Below are positions 55,530 to 64,000 of a stretch of 64,000 bases of DNA, piece by piece. A program made the position numbers and the translations under genes. The stretch comes from Candidatus Latescibacterota bacterium (GTDB taxonomy: Bacteria; Latescibacterota; UBA2968; UBA8231). Location of the stretch: contig OZ244561.1 of assembly GCA_965217585.1 (NCBI GenBank), forward strand, positions 5,632,001 to 5,696,000, written 5' to 3'. Positions within the stretch are counted from its first letter, which is position 1; each line of letters begins with the position of its first letter. The notes below the pieces were generated by a model. It did no database searches. It saw nothing but the letters and a program-made list of their open reading frames with translations, and was not told where the DNA came from.

Positions 55530-57077
55530 GATGCGTGCTCTGGGCAGCGCTTTTGTGGCTGGGTTGCAGCAGCGAGCGCCCACCCCTCCAACCCCCAATC
55601 TCAGACGAAGAGCCGATCTTTGACCATAGCACCTTCGCGGACGCGAGGTTGGAACGAGCGGTGCGGCAGGCGCTGCGACAGCCACAAGGAGGCTTGGAGA
55701 GCGAGGAGCTATCTGGGTTGCGAACTCTGGATGCGGGCGGCTATGGGATCGCGGATGTCGAAGGGATTGAACGACTGAGGGGCTTGGATACCCTGATGCT
55801 GGGCGATAATGCCGTGGTGGATATTGGCCCGCTCGCCCGATTGACCCGGCTACAAGTGCTCGACCTGTCTAACAATCAGATCGCCGACCTCGCGCCGCTG
55901 GCCAACCTCCTACTGCTAAGGGCACTCAACCTCGACGGCAACCAAGTAGCAGACCTCGCGCCGCTAGCGCGGCTGACGCGGTTGGGTCTGCTCAACCTCG
56001 ACGGCAACCAAGTCCGCGATGTTTCGGTGCTGTCGCGGCTCCGGCGCTTGCACAGCGTCGAGCTGTCGGGCAACCCGCTCGACCTAGACCAAGTGGAGAC
56101 CCTGCGCGGGCGAGGGAGGGCGGGGGATGGAGGTGACCTTTTTCCTGCCGGGGATTTTCTTCCAAGACGCCCAACTAGAGCAGGCGGTGCGCAGTGCGGT
56201 CAGGAAGCCAACCGAAGAGCTGACGGCGGTGGATCTGCACGCGATTACCCGCCTGAGACTCAACAGCTCGGTCAAGTCGCTGGAGGGCATTGAGCAGCTA
56301 ACCAACTTGGAAAGCCTGAGCTTTAGCGGCTCTACCAGCGAGGGCGAATTGGAGAGCCTGTTGCCGCTGGCGGACCTGAGCACGCTGCACGTCCTCCAAT
56401 TGACGACGGCCAAGATCGAGGATATTCGCGCGCTATCCCGACTGACGAGCCTGGAAAAGCTCAACCTCAGCAACAACGCCATTGCGGATATTTCGCCGCT
56501 GGCCGGCTTGGTCAACCTGCGCGAATTGTGGCTAGATAAGAACCAGATACAAGACCTCGCGCCGCTGGCCGAGCTCCGCCGACTGGAGATACTATATCTC
56601 GCGGAGAATGCAGTCGAAAACCTTGCGCCGCTGGCCGAGCTAGACCGGCTGGCAAAGCTGCGCTTGTCCCACAATCGGGTGGCGGATATTTCGCCGCTGG
56701 CCGAGCTGCACGCCCTACAACAGCTCGCATTCACCAACAACGCCGTGGCCGAGATCTTGCCCTTGGGTGGATTGTACTTACTCGAAGACTTGGACTTTAC
56801 TGCCAACTTGGTCAGTGACCTCAGGCCGCTTACCGATAAGCCACACCTGACGGCTTTGTCCTTTGGCCAGAACTTCGTCGAAGATATCTCGCCGCTGGCC
56901 GGTCTCCCCGAACTCAGACGCCTGCGCCTGCCGGACAATAAGGTAGTGGATGTCGCTGCGTTGCTAACGCTGGAGAAGCTGCTCTCGGCCGACCTGCGGG
57001 GCAATCCACTCAGCGCGGCCAGCATTGACCTGATCGCTGCGCTCATAGAGAGCAGCAACCGCAGGATCACCTTCTGA
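55526..57077 (+). pseudogene. Internalin-like LRR lipoprotein split by a frameshift at ~56108-56126 (ORFs 55526-56293 and 56127-57077)
   Basis: Lipobox WLGC; two 'F.D..LE.AVR.A' caps and 22-aa 'I.D(L/I).PLA.L..L..L.L..N' repeats; LRR sequence changes frame in a G-rich tract. Confidence 0.8.
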
Positions 57078-58978
57078 TGAGGCTGCGCCTCTGCATCTGG
57101 CTGGTTGCGTTGAGCGCCGGTCCGGCTTGGCCGCAGTTGGAATTGGTGGTGGGCCGGGAGGGGCTCTCTTACCTAGACATCCAGGACTCTGTGGTCTTCG
57201 TCAACAAAGCACCTGATTCGCTGTGGACATGGGCGGTGACGCCGGGCGAGAATCTGATGGCCAACGCCCTCTCGCGGGGTGGGCAGATTTTGATCTCGGT
57301 CACGGAGCCTACCCTAGGTTCTTTGGCGGAGACGATTGAGTGGCCCGTGTTCCGCCGCGATATAACCGCGGTGCAGGCCATTGCCGATGGCGACCGAGGG
57401 ACGGCCTTTGACCCCGATGAGTTTGGGTTGAGCCGCCAAGCGTCCATTTACATCGACTTGGGTGGGGCCTATACCATCGTGCGGACCAGGGCGTTCCCGC
57501 GCCTCGACGCCGAACACATCGGGAACTTTCCGCAGACTTTTGACCTGGGGTTGGGCGACCGACTACAGCCGGTCAATGCCTTGGAACGCCTGTTGACAGC
57601 TAACGACTATCCCGCCGCCGAAAATCTCGGCGGCGAGATCAGGTTCCAACGCTATGTGTTCTTTGGCACTACCCGGCCCAATATCCGTGCGATTATCGAA
57701 TGGCCGGGCGTCCTCCCAGTCAGCGGCCAGCGCCAAGCGCGCTACGTGCGCTTCCAGCCTCTAGGCGACGTGCCCTGGGAGTTGGCCGAGCTGGAGCTCT
57801 ACACAGACGGCACGACACCGCCGGGTTTTTTTCGCTCGGTCCCGCTATTGGCCAGCACCGGGACGCCGGTGTGGGGACGGCTGCGCCACGAGGGCGGCGC
57901 GCCGTTGGAGGAATTGCCCATTGTAGTGCAGACGCGCACCGGCCCGGACGACGAGCCAGAGCATTACTTCATCACTCAGGGGCCAGAAGAGATCCGGGTC
58001 AATCGAGCCGTCTGGGAAAATGCCCCCGAGTTCCCAGGCATTGGCCAAGGGCCGGTCGTGTCCAACCCCGACTGGAGCGGCTGGGAGACGGTCACCGGCG
58101 GGGTGGTGCGCTCGCCAAGTCCGAATCGCTTTTTGCAATTCCAAGTGCGCTTTTTGCAGCCGGGCGTCAAGTTAGAACGACTCGTTTTCGAGTACTCTTC
58201 GCCGCCGGTCGCCGGCGAGATCTACGCCGAAATCAGCCCGCCGCTAGTCAATGCTGGGGTGGAGACGGCCTTTGTGGCGATCATGCAGACGCGCCGTCTC
58301 GCGGGGAGGTCGGACACCGGCTTCCGTTTGGTCGAGGTGCTGACCTCAGCCGGGATTGCGGGCATTGACAGCGTCAAGGTAGATGACGAGCACGCGCTGT
58401 ACACTCTGCGCTTAGATCCCGGGCGCGGATTTGCCGTAAACCTCTGGCAGCGGGTGCTAAAGGACGGCAGCCTCGTGCATATTTTCTTTCGCGGCAAGGT
58501 CTTTGTCGATGGGACGCGTTTTGAGGTGCGCGCAGTCGAGCAGCGCCACGTCTTGGATGAAGCACCCTACGAGACGTTCCAGTACGCACGCGAAGCAGAT
58601 GTAGATCCGGTGCTGCCGGGTGCGGGTCTGACGGTGCGCCTCTCCGCGTCAAACGCTGCCCTCATCGCCGATGTAGAGTCGGCGCAGCGGGTGCTGACGC
58701 CCAACAACGACGGAGTCAACGACCTGTTTGCAGTCGCCTATAGCTTGCTCAAGCTGACGCGACCGGCGGCGGTCTTCTTTCGCATCTATGATTTGGGAGG
58801 TGGCTTGGTGCGCCGGGGCTATGCCGGTGAGGACCAGAGCGGACGCTTTGCCCAAGTCTGGGATGGGCGCGACGATTGGGGCAGGCTAGTCGCACCGGGG
58901 ATGTACCTCTATCACCTCCAGGTCGCAGCCGATGTCGGCACCACGCGCTACAGTGGCATAGTCAACGTGGCGTACTAA
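57077..58978 (+). CDS. Secreted discoidin-like protein with LTPNNDG.ND/FlgD-Ig tail
   Basis: TGATG coupling; signal peptide; 'IDLGG', 'QTRTG', 'WSGW', 'SPSPNRFLQ', 'LTPNNDGVND', ends VNVAY. Confidence 0.82.
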   Translation: MRLRLCIWLVALSAGPAWPQLELVVGREGLSYLDIQDSVVFVNKAPDSLWTWAVTPGENLMANALSRGGQILISVTEPTLGSLAETIEWPVFRRDITAVQAIADGDRGTAFDPDEFGLSRQASIYIDLGGAYTIVRTRAFPRLDAEHIGNFPQTFDLGLGDRLQPVNALERLLTANDYPAAENLGGEIRFQRYVFFGTTRPNIRAIIEWPGVLPVSGQRQARYVRFQPLGDVPWELAELELYTDGTTPPGFFRSVPLLASTGTPVWGRLRHEGGAPLEELPIVVQTRTGPDDEPEHYFITQGPEEIRVNRAVWENAPEFPGIGQGPVVSNPDWSGWETVTGGVVRSPSPNRFLQFQVRFLQPGVKLERLVFEYSSPPVAGEIYAEISPPLVNAGVETAFVAIMQTRRLAGRSDTGFRLVEVLTSAGIAGIDSVKVDDEHALYTLRLDPGRGFAVNLWQRVLKDGSLVHIFFRGKVFVDGTRFEVRAVEQRHVLDEAPYETFQYAREADVDPVLPGAGLTVRLSASNAALIADVESAQRVLTPNNDGVNDLFAVAYSLLKLTRPAAVFFRIYDLGGGLVRRGYAGEDQSGRFAQVWDGRDDWGRLVAPGMYLYHLQVAADVGTTRYSGIVNVAY

Positions 58979-59049
58979 TGACGGCTTGCGGTAGCGATTA
59001 CTCTTGGATTTTGCGCTTGTGGACCGATAAGGTAAGGTTGGTGCAGAAG

Positions 59050-59085
59050 GTCCGTAGGGACGGCTTGCGAACCGCCCCTACGGAC
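59050..59085. repeat. REP-like GTAG palindrome between convergent genes (may also act as terminator)
   Basis: gtccGTAGGGacgg cttgcgaa ccgcCCCTACggac. Confidence 0.7.
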
Positions 59086-59094
59086 GAGGCGCGA

Positions 59095-59928
59095 TTAACG
59101 GATACCCGTTGAAAGCAGCGATTTGATCCGTCCCCACAACTGGGCTTCGACGCTCGTAGCGGAAGAGGGCGCCGGTCGCCAAGCGGGCCAGTTTCCGCCC
59201 AAGCCGTCGGTCAATTCGACCAAGTTGCTCCCGTCTATATTAACTACCCAGATCTCAAATTGGTCGCCCAAACTGGAACCAGAAGAAAAGGCTATTCTCA
59301 TGCCGTCGGGTGCCCAAGTGGGGTTTACATCTATGTTAGGTCTGTAGGCTAGAGGAGTAAGGGTCAGGGGATCAAACGCCTGCTCGAACTCGCTGGTATC
59401 GCGGATATAGATGTCAAACTGGCCCTCGTCCCGCAAGGCGAACACTTCTTTAGTCCCATCCGGGGAAAGGTTGGGTTGGTTATGGGGTGCCTCCCTCCGG
59501 TCCACGGGTATCGGGTTACTTCCATCTACCACTACGGCAAACGTCTCAACACCATCCCTCGGATCCCCCGTAGGCAGCGTGTCATAGTAGATTCTACTCC
59601 CGTCTTCAGACCACGAAAGTATCACTTTTTGGACTGAATCGTCTGTCACCGGTTGCTGATTGCTGCCGTCGGTGTCCATCAACCAGATTTCATCGTCGCC
59701 AAAGTCGATATAGGCGATCTTCATGCCATCCGGGGACCAAGCCGGGCTAGTGCAATACCGTCCTTTGGTTAGATTTATAGGATCGCTCCCATCCGCATTC
59801 ATAATCCAAATGTTGGGGCCCCCCTCGCGATCGGAGACAAACGCGATTCTATCCCAGTCCTGCCCCCAGCCATCAACGGCCAGCCCCAGCGTTGCCAAGC
59901 AGACGATCAGTATGGATCGATAGTTCAT
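59095..59928 (-). CDS. Secreted TolB-like PD40-repeat protein with C-terminal TSVE...WG.IK motif
   Basis: Signal peptide; 'IAFVSDREG', 'PAWSPDG..IAY', 'PTWAPDG..IAF'; tail 'ATSVEAQLWGRIKSLL'. Confidence 0.85.
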   Translation of the reverse strand: MNYRSILIVCLATLGLAVDGWGQDWDRIAFVSDREGGPNIWIMNADGSDPINLTKGRYCTSPAWSPDGMKIAYIDFGDDEIWLMDTDGSNQQPVTDDSVQKVILSWSEDGSRIYYDTLPTGDPRDGVETFAVVVDGSNPIPVDRREAPHNQPNLSPDGTKEVFALRDEGQFDIYIRDTSEFEQAFDPLTLTPLAYRPNIDVNPTWAPDGMRIAFSSGSSLGDQFEIWVVNIDGSNLVELTDGLGGNWPAWRPAPSSATSVEAQLWGRIKSLLSTGIR

Positions 59929-60092
59929 AACGTGGCTCTTTTCAAATTCACAAATTGGGCAAGGTGTTGCTAGACATTATAACTTAAACCATGATTGACT
60001 TACAAGTACGGCGGACGCAAGACATACGCAGCCAGTGAGGGGAATTTCAGTCCCGTCGGCGGTTGTCTCTTCAAGTGAGTCAAGGAGCCGAC

Positions 60093-60360
60093 ATGTGGAC
60101 TTTGGCCCAGGCCTATCCGCGCTTTCACGACGCCTGGTTCCACTATAACATTTACCACATCCACCGCGAGGAAGACACGCACTCGATTGCTGCCTTTTGC
60201 CCATCCTGAGGTTCAGCAAGCCGTCGGAAAGATGGTGCGATCGGCAAATGGCCAGCGCATTGAGGAGCGCTTTGAATCTTTTCTGCGCCAACTGCGAGAA
60301 AAATACGCAGAGCATATTGAAATATATCCCGACAATCTCGCATCCGAACCTGCCTTGTAA
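60093..60360 (+). pseudogene. Fused gene remnants: 38-aa ORF with RBS plus a PrsA/SurA-like PPIase C-terminal fragment
   Basis: AAGGAG-ATG 60093-60209 (MWTLAQAYPRFHDAWFHYNIYHIHREED...); other frame 60187-60360 LLPFAHPEVQQAV...EERFESFLRQLREKYAEHIEIYPDNL. Confidence 0.45.
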
Positions 60361-60384
60361 ATTCGTCTCCACGAAAGGACTTCC

Positions 60385-61497
60385 ATGCACATCACCAAAG
60401 TCGAAATACGCACCGTGGCCCCGCCGGTTGATCGCTTCACCTGGTCGGACGATCTGCCGGACCAGTACTCGACCAACACGGTCGTCAGAATCTACACAGA
60501 CGAGGGCGTCGAGGGCGTAGCAGGCGTCTGGAACGCGACCTCGTATGACTTCGAGCGCTATACCGCCGAATCCATCCGCCACCTAGCCCCCATCCTGCTG
60601 GGCAAGGACCCGCTCCTGCGGGAGCATATCTGGCACGAGATCAGGCCGCGCGTCTTTCCGCTGCCGCCCCAGTCGTTGGCCGCCATCGACATTGCCCTGT
60701 GGGATTTGGCCGGCAAGGTGGCGGGACTGCCGCTCTACCGGCTGTTGGGCGGAGCGCGAGACAAAATCCCCGCCTATGCCAGCACCCCGCTCTTTGAAGA
60801 TGTCGAATCCTATCTGAAGAATGCCGAGGAGTTCATCGCCCAAGGCTTCAAGGCCATCAAGTTCCACACTTGGTGCATTCCCGAACTAGACCTCGAACTC
60901 GCCCGCGCCGTCAGAAAGCAGTATCCCGGCAACGACGTCGCCTTCATGCTCGACGCCGAAAACAACTACGACCGCGACGGCGCCCTGCGCGTGGCCCAGG
61001 AGCTCGAAGCCATGGGCTTTACCTGGTTTGAGGCCCCGCTGCACGACTCGGATCTCGACGGCTACCGGGAGCTGACGAGCCGGGTAACCATTCCCATTCT
61101 TCCGTCCGGCAACTGGTTCCAAGACCTCCACACCTTTGCCGAAGCCCTCCATTCAAAGGCGTGGGGACGCGCCCGCACCGACGTGGCCATGATGGGTGGG
61201 ATAACGCAGACCAACAAAGCGATCGCCCTCACCGAAGCGGCCGGTATGAAATGCGAGATCATGTCGTGGGGATACAGCCTAGTGTCGGCAGCCAACCTGC
61301 ACCTGATGCTGGCTCACGACAACTGCTCCTATTTCGAGCAGTCGGTGCCCTGCGAACCCTACGAATACGGGATGCAGGACGTCATCCGCGCCCAACCCGA
61401 CGGCTATACCTACGCGCCCGCCGGGCCGGGCCTCGGCCTCGCCGTGGACTGGGAGGCCATGGCAGCGGCCACGATCCATTCGATTGTCGTCGAGTAA
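60385..61497 (+). CDS. Mandelate racemase/muconate-lactonizing enzyme family
   Basis: 'AAIDIALWDLAGK..GLPLYRLLGG', 'FKAIKFH', 'MLD', 'WFEAP', 'GPGLG'. Confidence 0.92.
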   Translation: MHITKVEIRTVAPPVDRFTWSDDLPDQYSTNTVVRIYTDEGVEGVAGVWNATSYDFERYTAESIRHLAPILLGKDPLLREHIWHEIRPRVFPLPPQSLAAIDIALWDLAGKVAGLPLYRLLGGARDKIPAYASTPLFEDVESYLKNAEEFIAQGFKAIKFHTWCIPELDLELARAVRKQYPGNDVAFMLDAENNYDRDGALRVAQELEAMGFTWFEAPLHDSDLDGYRELTSRVTIPILPSGNWFQDLHTFAEALHSKAWGRARTDVAMMGGITQTNKAIALTEAAGMKCEIMSWGYSLVSAANLHLMLAHDNCSYFEQSVPCEPYEYGMQDVIRAQPDGYTYAPAGPGLGLAVDWEAMAAATIHSIVVE

Positions 61498-61569
61498 GGT
61501 GCTGCTGGAGCTACCAGATGTACCCACTAGCCTAGGGACTGGCCCTGTCGGAGGAAAACCCTCAACCAT

Positions 61570-62550
61570 CTACTTTTCGCAGATGGCGACTCCGATGTGG
61601 CGGTAAATACCGTCTTGGTCAACCTGTACTGTGCCGTCGCCCGCGCCGTAGATATTGCCTTGGTCTCGGGCCGAGTAATAGAGCAAATAGCGGTCGCCGT
61701 CTGCGAGGACACACGGCGTTGAGGTGTAGCGACCGTCAAAGTGGTTGGGATGGCGCGTGGCCGGAAAGGCCGAGCGCTCAAAGTGGTGCTTCCAGTGCAG
61801 ACCGTCGGCCGAGGTCGAGGCGTAAATTTCGAAAATGCCGTCCGCCACGTGGCAGCCATACCACATGGTGTAGGTGCCGTTGTTTTCTAGGACATAGGGA
61901 TAGACGACGCTCCTGTGGCTCTCATTGGCCACGACCGCTGGTTCTGCATCGCGGCTCCAGTGCAGGCCGTCGGCCGAGGTGAAGCGGTAGATGTGGCGGG
62001 CCATGGCGCGAAAATCGTCGTCCGCCGCTGGCGAAGAATTCATCCACATGCGGTAGCAGCCCGGGCCATCCTTGAGCACACAAGGGCGGCGACCGCTTGG
62101 GTAGAGCGGCTCGGGATGGACTGCCCAGCGCCGACCGTCCGGGCTGGAGGCATAACCAAGCATCTGCCGCATAAGGGGGCCTTTGCTAGTGGTGCCGAGG
62201 CGCTGGCTCATTACAAACCACATCTTGTACAGGCCTTCATCGCCATCAAAGAGGACGTGCGGTGTCTGCCACGCTTGGCCCACAGGAGTCTCACCCGTGC
62301 GCAGAATAGGGTTGTCGGGAAAGGCCGTCCAGTGCAAGCCGTCCTCCGATTCGGCATAGCCCAGATCCATGTCGTCGTTGCGCGTGGCACTGCTGTTGCC
62401 CAGATACCACATCTCGTACCTGCCGTTGACCCTAATCACCGTGGGATTGTAGAGCGTCACCCGGCACCAGGTCTGCCCTGTGGTCATGGTCGAGAGCACG
62501 GGCTGGGACGACCGCTGCCAAGCCAATTCGTGGAGCAATGTATCCGCCAT
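61570..62550 (-). CDS. Five-bladed beta-propeller glycoside-hydrolase-like protein (GH32/43/130 clan-like)
   Basis: Repeats 'P.V.....Y.MWY', 'YAESEDGLHW', 'TSADGLHW'; GGAGG RBS. Confidence 0.7.
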   Translation of the reverse strand: MADTLLHELAWQRSSQPVLSTMTTGQTWCRVTLYNPTVIRVNGRYEMWYLGNSSATRNDDMDLGYAESEDGLHWTAFPDNPILRTGETPVGQAWQTPHVLFDGDEGLYKMWFVMSQRLGTTSKGPLMRQMLGYASSPDGRRWAVHPEPLYPSGRRPCVLKDGPGCYRMWMNSSPAADDDFRAMARHIYRFTSADGLHWSRDAEPAVVANESHRSVVYPYVLENNGTYTMWYGCHVADGIFEIYASTSADGLHWKHHFERSAFPATRHPNHFDGRYTSTPCVLADGDRYLLYYSARDQGNIYGAGDGTVQVDQDGIYRHIGVAICEK

Positions 62551-62579
62551 TTCACCCCCTCCAGATTCTGGTGCCCTCG

Positions 62580-63572
62580 TCACTCGCCGATCATCGCAGC
62601 AGTGAGACGGTCCAGAAGCGCATCATCTGCCGGCAGCAGGCCAGAGGCCGGCAAACGCCGCAGTAGGTCGGCCCAGCGGTCGTACTGTGCCTGCGCCCGT
62701 TGCAGGTAGGGCACAGCTTCCTCCTCACGACCCTCGGAGGCTAGGGTCACACCCACCCAGAAGGGAGCCTCGCCGCCCGTTGCTTCATCGGGTACCAGCT
62801 CCGTCGCTTCGCGGTAGGCATCCATAGCCGCCGCCATGTCCCCTGCGGTCACCCATTCGTCACCCTCGTTCAGCTTGTGGTAGGCCCGCGCTAGACGCAC
62901 GAGACGGCGCAGTTCCGCCACCGGCTCGGGATGGTCTTCCACGCGCAGGTCGAACAGGCGATCGACCCACGGCCGGCCGGTATCTTCGGCGGAGACCACG
63001 AGGATGGCCGCCGACTGTCGGCCGCGCAAATCTCCCCCCTCGGCCTCGGCGACCTCTAGGGCTACGAGCAGCCGCTCAGCCAAATCGCCTTCGGCATTTT
63101 CGTAGGCATACGCCATGGCCGGCCACACGCTGTCTTGATCCATCAGATTCGCCTGGACGCTGTACTGGGCACCGGTCTGGTGGCCGGCGGCGACGATGGC
63201 GCGCGCGCCCGTGTGAACGGCCACATTCCCCTCGGCATCGACCATGGCCACTTGCCGCACTGCAGCGTCGGCATCCCCCGCGAGCAGAGCGGTGAGTGCT
63301 GTCGGAGCCGTCTTGCCCATGGCCATCAATTCGAGGCCGAGCGGACCGTAGGCCGGGTCAACGAGAGATTGGGTGGCCACCGCGCCAACGCCGGGACGGG
63401 CCCAAGGAACGATGGGGCCCACGGAAAACCAGTGGGACTGGACGGCGACGCCGAGCTGGCCGGTGAGGGAGTCGCGGGCGACGATGGAATAGGTAGCCAC
63501 AGGTCGCCGCCAGTCGGGTGCGTCGGCCGCGGCTAGCTGGGCCGTGACGAGGATTAGGATGAGTAGGCGCAT
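62580..63572 (-). CDS. DUF1028 (Ntn-hydrolase-like) secreted protein with C-terminal TPR-like helices
   Basis: 'TYSIVARD..TGQLGVAVQSHWFSVG', 'GAVATQ', 'GGD.RG.QSAA', 'DLRVEDH..P'. Confidence 0.9.
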   Translation of the reverse strand: MRLLILILVTAQLAAADAPDWRRPVATYSIVARDSLTGQLGVAVQSHWFSVGPIVPWARPGVGAVATQSLVDPAYGPLGLELMAMGKTAPTALTALLAGDADAAVRQVAMVDAEGNVAVHTGARAIVAAGHQTGAQYSVQANLMDQDSVWPAMAYAYENAEGDLAERLLVALEVAEAEGGDLRGRQSAAILVVSAEDTGRPWVDRLFDLRVEDHPEPVAELRRLVRLARAYHKLNEGDEWVTAGDMAAAMDAYREATELVPDEATGGEAPFWVGVTLASEGREEEAVPYLQRAQAQYDRWADLLRRLPASGLLPADDALLDRLTAAMIGE

Positions 63573-63601
63573 GGTTCCTCCCAAGTGTCGATAGATGGGG
63601 A

Positions 63602-64000
63602 TTAACTTTTCTTGTCCTTTGCCAACGGCCCGGTCGGTGCTTCCTTACTGTAGAGCGACGATCCTCGCTCGTACGACACGAACACCTCGCCATTGGCCAC
63701 GTCCAGTCGCGGCACGTTGCTGTGGAACACATCGCGGTCCGGGCCGCGCATCACCGCCAACTGGACGTCGCTCATCCCCTCGACCAATTCGCCCCAGCGG
63801 TTTTCCGGGTGGGCCATCTCGCCGCCGCTGCGATTGAAGTTGCGCGACGAATACTTGATCAGAATGCCCCGCCGCGCAATCTCGCTCTTCCAGGCCAACG
63901 CTCCGTGAGTCGTGCCGCCGTCGCCGAAGAACAGCACGTCGCCGGCCTGCATCTCGACGTGTTTGACCAGCCCCATATCGCGATCGCAAGTCCGCACGCC
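63602..64000 (-). CDS. PhyH-family dioxygenase, C-terminal part (5' end outside window)
   Basis: 'MQAGDVLFF....THGALAW.....RR..L.KY'. Confidence 0.7.
   Translation of the reverse strand, partial: GVRTCDRDMGLVKHVEMQAGDVLFFGDGGTTHGALAWKSEIARRGILIKYSSRNFNRSGGEMAHPENRWGELVEGMSDVQLAVMRGPDRDVFHSNVPRLDVANGEVFVSYERGSSLYSKEAPTGPLAKDKKS

Noticed and set aside
60005-60070. c-di-GMP-I riboswitch (GGACGCAA-like word)
   Set aside because: Lacks the GGCAAAC/GAAA-tetraloop stem and a convincing second stem; an Rfam search would be needed
1-64000. CRISPR array, cas genes, reverse transcriptase/DGR, integrase or transposase
   Set aside because: No spaced identical repeats and no Cas, RT, recombinase or DDE/HUH motifs in the ORF track; the repeats found are coding tandem repeats or single hairpins

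Overview
High-GC bacterial chromosome segment. It has three PhyH dioxygenases, two sulfatases, two enolase-superfamily enzymes, WD40/LRR/PD40 repeat proteins and many FlgD-Ig/T9SS-like C-terminal tails, which resembles sponge-associated Ca. Latescibacterota/Poribacteria-like organisms (inference only). Main parts: catabolic genes; a decayed MNT/HEPN plus AAA-ATPase/DUF3226 island (3.5-5.5 kb); a type I restriction-modification operon with inserted cargo (DUF1016, zeta-toxin remnant, vapBC, AlbA_2-HATPase; 10.2-20.3 kb); a TonB-receptor/DUF4856 uptake locus with glycan-modifying genes; a second vapBC-type TA pair; and tRNA-Val(TAC). The best candidate for an undescribed system is a 13-kb translationally coupled operon (45.7-59.0 kb). 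It holds two paralogous ~900-aa putative outer-membrane proteins, three paralogous secreted discoidin-like proteins ending in an (F/L)TPN.DG.ND...V.VA(Y/H) tail (a fourth paralog lies at 33.7-36.0 kb) and a frameshifted LRR lipoprotein. Several deletion/fusion scars and local strand-composition flips are also visible. All family assignments come from motif recognition by eye; no searches were run.
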